In this document: piece after piece, positions 10,000-17,191 of the stretch
Layout of the letters: each line of letters opens with the position of its first letter
Position numbering within the stretch: position 1 is the first letter of the stretch
Origin: Candidatus Arthromitus sp. SFB-rat-Yit
GTDB taxonomy: Bacteria > Bacillota > Clostridia > Clostridiales > Clostridiaceae
Length of the DNA: 32,000 nt
Direction of reading: 5' to 3'
Assembly: GCF_000283555.1 (NCBI RefSeq)
Contig: NC_016012.1
Span: 780,001 to 812,000 of the forward strand
Notes under the pieces: generated by a model
Told to the model about the DNA's origin: nothing
Database searches by the model: none
What the model saw: only the letters and a program-made list of their open reading frames with translations
Translations under genes and position numbers: made by a program

Positions 10000-10770
10000 T
10001 TATATATACTTTCTCATATGTTTTAAAGCCGTCTTTTCTAATCTAGATACTTGTGCTTGAGAAATACCAATTTCCTCAGCAACCTCCATTTGAGTTCTCC
10101 CAGTAAAAAATCTCAAATTCAATATCATAGTTTCTCTTTTATTTAATTTCTTCATAGCTTCCTTTATAGATATATCCTCTATCCAATTTTCATAACAATT
10201 TTTAGAATCACTTATTTGATCTAAAACAAAAATCGAATCTCCTCCATCATGATAAATAGGCTCAAATAATGATATTGGATCTTGTATAGCATCCAAAGCA
10301 AATACAACATCTTCCCTAGGAATATCTAATTCTTTAGCAATTTGTGATACTGTGGGTTCTTTATTATTTTCAGACATCAACTTATCTTTTACAATCAATG
10401 CTTTATACGCTATATCCCTAAGCGATCTACTAACCCTAATAGCATTGTTATCTCTTAAATATCTTCTAATTTCTCCTATTATCATAGGAACTGCATAAGT
10501 AGAAAATTTAACATTCTGTGTTAAATCAAAATTATCTAAAGCTTTAATAAGTCCTATACAACCAACTTGGAATAAATCATCTACATTTTCACCTCTATTA
10601 TTAAATCTATGTATAACACTCAATACTAATCTTAAATTTCCTTGTATAAACACTTCTCTAGAGTTTGTGTCACCATTTCTCATTTTTAATAAAAGTTCTT
10701 TCATTTCTTTGTCCTTAAGCACAGGTAGTTTAGCTGTATTAACTCCGCATATTTCAACCTTACTTATCAT
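10000..10770 (-). CDS. sigG: Sporulation sigma factor sigma-G (late forespore)
   Basis: Near-colinear with Bacillus SigG as I recall it: KVEICGVNTAKLPVLKDKEM..., GNLRLVLSVIHRFNNRGENVDDLFQVGCIGLIKALDNFD, KFSTYAVPMIIGEIRRYLRDNNAIRVSRSLRDIAYKAL. Position immediately after spoIIGA-sigE. GAAGGGG RBS. Confidence 0.9.
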   Translation of the reverse strand: MISKVEICGVNTAKLPVLKDKEMKELLLKMRNGDTNSREVFIQGNLRLVLSVIHRFNNRGENVDDLFQVGCIGLIKALDNFDLTQNVKFSTYAVPMIIGEIRRYLRDNNAIRVSRSLRDIAYKALIVKDKLMSENNKEPTVSQIAKELDIPREDVVFALDAIQDPISLFEPIYHDGGDSIFVLDQISDSKNCYENWIEDISIKEAMKKLNKRETMILNLRFFTGRTQMEVAEEIGISQAQVSRLEKTALKHMRKYI

Positions 10771-10802
10771 AATATCAGCCCCTTCAGAGTACTTATCCTT
10801 CT

Positions 10803-10832
10803 TAGTATTACCGACATCTTTCGATAATATTC
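10803..10832 (-). promoter_or_regulatory. Forespore (sigma-F/sigma-G type) promoter of sigG
   Basis: The minus strand reads tGAATA (10828-10832 rc), a 15-nt spacer, then GGTAATACTA (10803-12 rc). This matches the remembered sigma-F consensus GCATA-N15-GGNNANAHTR at every specified -10 position, with one -35 mismatch. It lies about 30 nt upstream of the sigG RBS. Confidence 0.5.
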
Positions 10833-10889
10833 ATTTTTTTTAACTGTTTTGTAATTTTTTTGTAGTGTTTAATTTACACAATTATTTAA

Positions 10890-10939
10890 TATATAAAAAT
10901 TAAAGAAAACCTACTACAAATTAATGTAATAGGTTTTCT
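10890..10939 (-). terminator. Rho-independent terminator after sigE
   Basis: Stem AGAAAACCTA / TAGGTTTTCT (10904-10913 and 10930-10939), extendable by 4 more pairs after one mismatch, with a 6-nt loop. Followed on the minus strand by TTTAATTTTTAT. Confidence 0.6.
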
Positions 10940-10971
10940 CTAAAATAATTTAATTATAATTTGATATTAAA

Positions 10972-11682
10972 TTATAACATTTTATTTATTTCCTTTTTTA
11001 ATTTCTTAATAATTCTCTTTTCTAACCTAGAGATATATGATTGTGAAATTCCCAAAATATCCGCTACTTCTTTTTGGGTTTTTTCCAAATATCCATTTAA
11101 ACCAAATCGTAGAGATATTATTTCATGTTCTCTATTATTTAATGATTCCATTGCTATAACAAGCAAACTTCTATCAATTTCCTCTTCAATGAATTCAAAA
11201 ACATTACTATCACTAGATCCAAGTATGTCTGATAGTAATAATTCGTTTCCATCCCAATCTGTATTTAACGGTTCATAAAATGAAATTTCTCCCTTTATTT
11301 TATTCATTCTCCTCAAATACATCAATATTTCATTTTCAATGCATCTCGAGGCATATGTCGCTAGTTTTATTTTTTTATCTGGATTAAAAGTATTAACCGC
11401 CTTAATAAGCCCGATAGTCCCAACAGATATAAGATCTTCTACCATAATTCCAGTATTTTCAAATTTTTTAGCAATATAAACAACCAATCTTAAATTTCTT
11501 TCAATCAATATTGTTCTTATATTTTCTGTATCCGTAACCAATAATTTATTTATTAAATCATCTTCTTCATCACGTGTTAATGGTGGTGGTAATGCATCGC
11601 TACTACCTATATAAAAAATAGCACGAGTTATATATTTAAATTTATAAATCAAATTATTAATGAAAATTATTATCTTCCTCAT
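10972..11682 (-). CDS. sigE: Sporulation sigma factor pro-sigma-E (early mother cell)
   Basis: Matches Bacillus SigE nearly residue-for-residue in the core: [96 protein letters not shown]. An N-terminal pro-sequence is present. The ORF is open to 11706, but the ATG at 11680-11682 follows GGGGGAAGG and lies 11 nt past the spoIIGA stop, so I prefer it. Confidence 0.9.
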   Translation of the reverse strand: MRKIIIFINNLIYKFKYITRAIFYIGSSDALPPPLTRDEEDDLINKLLVTDTENIRTILIERNLRLVVYIAKKFENTGIMVEDLISVGTIGLIKAVNTFNPDKKIKLATYASRCIENEILMYLRRMNKIKGEISFYEPLNTDWDGNELLLSDILGSSDSNVFEFIEEEIDRSLLVIAMESLNNREHEIISLRFGLNGYLEKTQKEVADILGISQSYISRLEKRIIKKLKKEINKML

Positions 11683-11693
11683 TAACCTTCCCC

Positions 11694-12464
11694 CTAAATT
11701 ATGCATCTAGATAATATTGCTTCAAAACGTTTATTAGGATCTAATGATGTATAAGTTGTACACAAAATAATATCCGCATAAAAATCTTTATTGTTGTTTT
11801 TAAAATGAACATTTTTAACTTTTATACCTTCAAAATATGATACATCTCCTGTTATAACTTTATATGGTATTTTATAGAAATATTTTTCATGGTAAAAAAT
11901 GCCTGGAATACATCTTTTTTCTACAATTATTACTGGTAGACCAGACACTGGTTCATACAACTCATTACCTGTATCCAAAAATCCATTAAATTTATAAATT
12001 TTATTTTGATAGTTTAATTCTATTTCAAATATGTAATTATTAAAAAATGTATTTCTAGTTATATATTTTTTTACAATACCATATATGACAAAAACAACAA
12101 TAAAAATTACAAATATGATTTTATAATTTATATTTACAAACCACGTGCTTAAAAATTTAATAATCCCAAATAATATAAATGATGTAAAGAACATGCTCAC
12201 AATTATCTGTATAAAATAATTAACTCTTATCTCAGGAACACATAAAATTAATCCAGCAAATGTGCTGGTCAATATAATAAATAACAAATAAATCACAGAA
12301 TTTAAATTTATTAAAATCAAACTAGATATAAATGATGATACAATTGATGCAAATAATAATCTATAAAAATTCAACTTTAAATTTAATATTTTAAAAGATG
12401 TATATAGAATAAATAAATTAAAAATGAAGTTCTCAAATATAAACAAATCATAATAAATAATCAT
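11694..12464 (-). CDS. spoIIGA: Sigma-E processing peptidase SpoIIGA
   Basis: 256 aa with five or so N-terminal TM helices, then the aspartic-protease motif [18 protein letters not shown] 8 nt upstream. Immediately upstream of sigE. Confidence 0.8.
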   Translation of the reverse strand: MIIYYDLFIFENFIFNLFILYTSFKILNLKLNFYRLLFASIVSSFISSLILINLNSVIYLLFIILTSTFAGLILCVPEIRVNYFIQIIVSMFFTSFILFGIIKFLSTWFVNINYKIIFVIFIVVFVIYGIVKKYITRNTFFNNYIFEIELNYQNKIYKFNGFLDTGNELYEPVSGLPVIIVEKRCIPGIFYHEKYFYKIPYKVITGDVSYFEGIKVKNVHFKNNNKDFYADIILCTTYTSLDPNKRFEAILSRCII

Positions 12465-12596
12465 ATTTAAGTCCTCCTATTTACCTTTATTTATTATAGA
12501 AGTTATTTAATTAAAATTTTGTTGTTTTTACTGTAAACAATATATTTTTTTATGTAATATTTTACAATATTTATATGATCCATGTTAATTCTCACT

Positions 12597-12651
12597 TAAA
12601 AAAACGAGAAGACTAGCATAAAAATTTTAAAATACGCCAGTCTTCTCGTTT
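12597..12651 (-). terminator. Rho-independent terminator after ftsZ
   Basis: 13-bp stem AAACGAGAAGACT / AGTCTTCTCGTTT (12639-12651 and 12602-12614), extendable with G-U and G-C pairs into the loop. Followed on the minus strand by a T-run (plus-strand A-run at 12598-12604). Confidence 0.65.
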
Positions 12652-12668
12652 AAATTTTAAACTATGTA

Positions 12669-13814
12669 TTATTTATTAAAATCACGTTTCCTTAAAAAGG
12701 CAGGAATACCATAATCATCTTCTTTATCATTGTTCTTCTTATTAACATCCTCCCTTTCAATTGGAGGTTCTTCTTTATCTTCTTTTATTGTCTTAGAAAT
12801 ATCAGGTTTTGTTACTAAAATCTCTTCTTTAAATATCTCGCTTACTTTTCTATTTGCACTTCCTTCAAAACCAGTAGCTATTAAAGTTACTCTAATTTCG
12901 TCTTTTAAATCTTCATCTATAACAGCTCCAAACATAAATACTGCATCTTCATCTGTAGATTCTTGAACCATATTTCCAGCTTCATGAATTTCATGCAGTG
13001 ATAAATCAGGTCCACCTGTAACATTCATAAGTACACCTGTAGCTCCAATTATAGATGTTTCGAGTAATGGCGATGATATTGCTTGCTTAGCTGCCTCTAT
13101 AGCTCTATTTTCACCAGTACCCCTACCTATACCCATATGAGCAAGACCTCTATCACTCATAATTGCTTTTACATCAGCAAAATCTCTATTAACTATACCT
13201 GGTATAGTTATAAGATCAGATATACCCTGAACACCTTGTCTTAAAACATCATCCGCTTTCTTAAAAGCTTCAAGTAAAGATGTTTTTTTATCAACCATTG
13301 TTAACAATCTTTCATTTGGTATTGTCACTAAAGTATCAACTTTACTCATCAAATTAGATATACCCATATCTGCTTGCATCATTCTTTTTCTTCCTTCAAA
13401 TGGAAAAGGTTTTGTAACAACACCAACCGTTAATATTCCCAACGATTTTGCTATTTCTGCAACAACTGGAGCAGCACCCGTTCCCGTTCCTCCTCCCATT
13501 CCCGCGGTTATAAATACAAGCTCTGCTCCTTGTATAGCATCCTTTATCATATCTTTACTTTCTTCAGCAGCTTTTTCACCAATATCTGGATTCGCTCCAG
13601 CTCCAAGACCTCTTGTCAACTTCTCACCTATTTGAATCTTAGATTCAGCCTTAGATAATCTTAAAGCTTGATTATCAGTATTAACAACAATAAATTCTAC
13701 ATTTTTAAGACCATCTTCTATCATTCTATTAACAGCGTTCCCTCCGCCGCCACCACATCCAATTACTTTTATTCTTGCATTTTGAAAAATACTATTCATA
13801 TCAAAATCTAACAC
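12669..13814 (-). CDS. ftsZ: Cell division protein FtsZ
   Basis: Tubulin signature [14 protein letters not shown]-terminal [17 protein letters not shown], and C-terminal conserved peptide [15 protein letters not shown] start at 13812-13814 with AGGAGG 7 nt upstream. Confidence 0.95.
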   Translation of the reverse strand: MLDFDMNSIFQNARIKVIGCGGGGGNAVNRMIEDGLKNVEFIVVNTDNQALRLSKAESKIQIGEKLTRGLGAGANPDIGEKAAEESKDMIKDAIQGAELVFITAGMGGGTGTGAAPVVAEIAKSLGILTVGVVTKPFPFEGRKRMMQADMGISNLMSKVDTLVTIPNERLLTMVDKKTSLLEAFKKADDVLRQGVQGISDLITIPGIVNRDFADVKAIMSDRGLAHMGIGRGTGENRAIEAAKQAISSPLLETSIIGATGVLMNVTGGPDLSLHEIHEAGNMVQESTDEDAVFMFGAVIDEDLKDEIRVTLIATGFEGSANRKVSEIFKEEILVTKPDISKTIKEDKEEPPIEREDVNKKNNDKEDDYGIPAFLRKRDFNK

Positions 13815-13962
13815 ACTAATTCCTCCTGTTTTATTAGAAAAGCTAAAATTTAAATTTTGTATTAAAAATATGGAAATTTATATATAAAAATTTAAATACA
13901 CCGCAGCTTACAGAACTATGTACATAAGAAATATATTCAACAAAAATCCTTAAACTCCTTGT

Positions 13963-15231
13963 TTAATTCTTAAATTTTTCTAGTTCATTAATGCTTACAT
14001 TTCTTGAATGATCCGTGTGAAACCACTCTTTTTTATTTTTATTCAAAATTCCTTGTATTGCTATAGGTACCCATGTAATTATATAAAATGGATATATAAA
14101 TATATAATACATTAAAACTTTAAAATTTAATTTAGAATCTAAATGTATCATTATAGGAGTTATCATAAACTGGAATATAAAATACGCTAATGATATAAAT
14201 CTTATAGCTTTAAATTCAAAAACCAATGGTTGTCCCATAAAAATACCAACTAATGATAATAATAATCTAGACATATTAAATATTGAAACTATTCCAAGTA
14301 TAGTTATTACTATAGGTTGTATTGAATATAACGCACAATCCAAAGCTTTCAAATCCCTATGAGAAAATACTCTTTCAATTAATTTCAAGAAATACCTACT
14401 TGATACATCAGCAAATCCTTGCATCCACCTTTTTCTTTGATTCCATGATTGTTTTAATGTAAGAGGTTTTTCATCATAAACAACAGCCTTATACGCAAAA
14501 ACAACCCTCATATTATTCATTATTAGTTTACAAGTAAATTCTAAATCTTCAGTAAGGCATGTAGCTCCCCAGCCAACTTTTTTAAGCGTTTCAATATCTA
14601 AACAAAATCCTGTACCAGATAATTGACAAGATAATCCTAAATTATCTCTACACAACTGAAATAATCTATTATTGCTCCAAAACGCTATAGAATAACTCAT
14701 TGTAAGCCAATTATCATTTGGATTCTTACTATCAATATAACCTTGGATAACTTTATATCCATTGTTTAATTTTGTATTCATCTCTGTTAGGAAGTTAGGA
14801 GACACTATATTATCAGCATCCAATACAATAATAGCAGAATATCTATCTCCCATATCAAATATTTTATTAAACATCCATTCTAGAGCATATCCTTTTCCTT
14901 TATTATTATCGTCAAACCTTTCATATACCAATGCTCCTTGAGCTAGAGAATACTCTTTTGTTTTATCTGTACAATTATCCGCTACAACAAAAACATCATA
15001 AAATTCTTTATCGTAATTCAAACCTTTCAAACTTTTCAAGCTATTAGAAATAACCTTCTCTTCATCATGAGCAGCAATAACAATAGCAAATCTATTTTTC
15101 TTATCAAGCTTTTTATTTTTTCTGTTTTTCAAAAGAAGACCCAGTATTGAAATTGCCAAATAATAAAATGAAATAATATAAACTAAATTCACAATAATTG
15201 AAGCTATTTTTTCAATTAAATCAAAAAACAA
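13963..15231 (-). CDS. Membrane-embedded family-2 glycosyltransferase of the processive beta-glycan synthase type (PgaC/IcaA/NodC/cellulose-synthase-like)
   Basis: 422 aa. N-terminal TM helix, then a GT-A domain with AAHDEE, VADNCTD, VLDADN, GTGF, TED (CLTEDLEF) and QxxRW (QRKRW), followed by 3-4 C-terminal TM helices. TTG start at 15229-15231 with GAGGAGG 8 nt upstream. Confidence 0.8.
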   Translation of the reverse strand: MFFDLIEKIASIIVNLVYIISFYYLAISILGLLLKNRKNKKLDKKNRFAIVIAAHDEEKVISNSLKSLKGLNYDKEFYDVFVVADNCTDKTKEYSLAQGALVYERFDDNNKGKGYALEWMFNKIFDMGDRYSAIIVLDADNIVSPNFLTEMNTKLNNGYKVIQGYIDSKNPNDNWLTMSYSIAFWSNNRLFQLCRDNLGLSCQLSGTGFCLDIETLKKVGWGATCLTEDLEFTCKLIMNNMRVVFAYKAVVYDEKPLTLKQSWNQRKRWMQGFADVSSRYFLKLIERVFSHRDLKALDCALYSIQPIVITILGIVSIFNMSRLLLSLVGIFMGQPLVFEFKAIRFISLAYFIFQFMITPIMIHLDSKLNFKVLMYYIFIYPFYIITWVPIAIQGILNKNKKEWFHTDHSRNVSINELEKFKN

Positions 15232-15286
15232 ATTGATATACCTCCTCTTAATAGCTACTTTCTTAAATACATTACTACAATATTAC

Positions 15287-16339
15287 TTAATAATTCAATA
15301 TAATTTTTGCAGCAATTTCTTTATTAGATACATTTTGAACAAAAACCTCTCTTGAAATAAGTCCTTCTTTGTAAGCGTTTATCAAAGAATTGTCCATGGT
15401 ACATATACCTAATTTCGTATTGTTCTGCATTAAAGTATATAGGTTTTTAATATTATTTTCTCTTATACAGTTAGCTATTATTGGAATATTGATCATAAAT
15501 TCAAACAAATATAAATTGTTTTGATTTTTATCAAAAATGTTTTTTTGGTGAATCATACATCTTAACATACTTGGTAAAATATTTTTAAGATAAGTTTTAT
15601 CCTTTGGTTCCATTCCAAATAAAAATTCCAATGTTCTTTGTATGCTATTTGAATAAAATGTTGCTATAACAAGTATACCCGCATCACAGCATTTCATTAT
15701 CAGCTTCATAACTTCATAATTTGGTATATCATCAATAACCAAAATATCTGGTCTTTCTCTAAACGCAGACTCAATACCACTTATATACGAGTCCGTATCA
15801 GTTCCCATTTCCCTTTGATTAACTATAGACTTATTATGCCTATATAGAATATCAATAGTTGATTCAAGCGTAATGATATATTTTGAATATGTATTGCTAA
15901 TTTTTTGAATAATTGTTGAAAGTGTAAAATTTTTTCCACTATTGATTGATCCAATTATTAATACTAATCCATTTTTTAATTGAGATACAAAATTGTAAAT
16001 ATTATTTGGAATATCAATTTCATTATTAAACTCATTTCTAGATAATATTTTAATTGATATTGCAATACTGTTTCTTTGTCTAAAAATATTAGCTTTAAAC
16101 CTTCCAATACCTGGTATCGAAAATGATATGTACTTTTCTTCAGTTTCAAATAATTCAGTAAACTTATCCCCTAAAATTTCTTTTGCATAAGTTGTAAGAT
16201 CATCTGAATTTAATTTTTTCTCAAACATAACTTCCAAATCCGAATTAACACGACCAAATATATTTGCACCAACGCTTAAATATATGTATGAAAACTCTTT
16301 ATCGCAAGCTAACTTTAATATATCTTGTAATGACAACAT
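15287..16339 (-). CDS. PilT-family (type IV pilus retraction ATPase-like) protein with degenerate catalytic motifs
   Basis: 350 aa, colinear with PilT: ...IPGIGRFKANIFRQR..., GLVLIIGSINSGKNFTLSTII (Walker A region), ITLESTIDILY (Asp box region), IVNQREMG, RERPDILVIDDIPN (Walker B region), GILVIATFYSNS (His box region), IIANCIRE, GLISRE. The catalytic residues are substituted (see findings). No good Shine-Dalgarno directly upstream of the ATG. Confidence 0.75.
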   Translation of the reverse strand: MLSLQDILKLACDKEFSYIYLSVGANIFGRVNSDLEVMFEKKLNSDDLTTYAKEILGDKFTELFETEEKYISFSIPGIGRFKANIFRQRNSIAISIKILSRNEFNNEIDIPNNIYNFVSQLKNGLVLIIGSINSGKNFTLSTIIQKISNTYSKYIITLESTIDILYRHNKSIVNQREMGTDTDSYISGIESAFRERPDILVIDDIPNYEVMKLIMKCCDAGILVIATFYSNSIQRTLEFLFGMEPKDKTYLKNILPSMLRCMIHQKNIFDKNQNNLYLFEFMINIPIIANCIRENNIKNLYTLMQNNTKLGICTMDNSLINAYKEGLISREVFVQNVSNKEIAAKIILNY

Positions 16340-16424
16340 AGCTACTACAAAAGAGTACGATACTCTTATTCCTCTCTCAAAAATAGTTTATATTAGTTTA
16401 TATTTCCCAAAATATATTTTTATA

Positions 16425-16461
16425 TACAAAAATAACCATCCCTAAATGCAGAGATGGTTAT
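16425..16461 (-). terminator. Rho-independent terminator after sigK
   Basis: 9-bp stem ATAACCATC / GATGGTTAT (16453-16461 and 16432-16440) with a 12-nt loop, then TTTTGTATATA on the minus strand. Starts 5 nt after the sigK stop. Confidence 0.6.
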
Positions 16462-16465
16462 CATA

Positions 16466-17155
16466 TTACTTTTTAACAAATAATTCTTTATTCAATTTCA
16501 TTAACGCTTTCTTTTCAATTCGTGAAACATAAGATCTTGAGATATTTAATTTTTTAGATATTTCCTTTTGTGTTTTAATCTTTCCATCTATCAATCCATA
16601 TCTCAATTTTATTATAAGTTGTTCCTTCTCAGTCAAAATATCATTAAGCTTTTTATACATTTTTTTAATCGTTAATTTTTGTTCAACAATGTCAATTATT
16701 GTATCATCACTACTATTTAATACATCTATCAAAGAAATTTCATTTCCTTCTTTGTCTGTTCCTATAGGATCTTGAAGAAATACTTCATTTTTCGTCTTTT
16801 TAGAATTTCTTATCAACATTAAAATTTCATTTTCTATACATCTTGCAGCATAAGTTGCAAGTTTAGTTCCTTTTACATAATCAAAAGACTCTATACCTTT
16901 TATAAGTCCTATCGTTCCAACAGATATTAAATCTTCCACATCTCTTACCGATGAAAATTTTTTAGCTATATGAACAACCAATCTCAAATTTCTTTCAATT
17001 AAAATATTCTTAGCTTTTAAATCTCCTGCTTTAAATCTATCTATATATTCTTTTTCCTGTTCGCTAGTTAATGGGTTTGGGAATGAATTATTTCCAACTA
17101 TATATCCTACAAATAAAACTACGCTACTGATGATCTCAAATAAGTTGTCTATCAA
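16466..17155 (-). CDS. sigK: Sporulation sigma factor pro-sigma-K (late mother cell), uninterrupted
   Basis: Colinear with Bacillus SigK as I recall it: [110 protein letters not shown] hydrophobic N-terminal pro-sequence is present. TTG start with AGGGGGA 6 nt upstream. No skin-type insertion. Confidence 0.9.
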   Translation of the reverse strand: MIDNLFEIISSVVLFVGYIVGNNSFPNPLTSEQEKEYIDRFKAGDLKAKNILIERNLRLVVHIAKKFSSVRDVEDLISVGTIGLIKGIESFDYVKGTKLATYAARCIENEILMLIRNSKKTKNEVFLQDPIGTDKEGNEISLIDVLNSSDDTIIDIVEQKLTIKKMYKKLNDILTEKEQLIIKLRYGLIDGKIKTQKEISKKLNISRSYVSRIEKKALMKLNKELFVKK

Positions 17156-17191
17156 TTAAGATCCCCCTATTAAATGCTCAAAAACAAAAAA

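Noticed and set aside
11683-11706. Longer sigE ORF starting at ATG 11706 (MHNLGGRL...), overlapping the end of spoIIGA.
   Set aside because: The second ATG (11680-11682) is preceded by GGGGGAAGG at proper spacing and gives a pro-sequence length comparable to Bacillus pro-sigma-E. The upstream ATG has no RBS.
12465-12596. Looked for Spo0A boxes (TGTCGAA/TTCGACA) and a spoIIG-type promoter upstream of spoIIGA.
   Set aside because: Only a TATAAT (12493-12498 rc) is visible. There is no credible -35 at 17 or 22 nt and no 0A-box match by eye. I therefore make no promoter call. A PWM scan would be needed.
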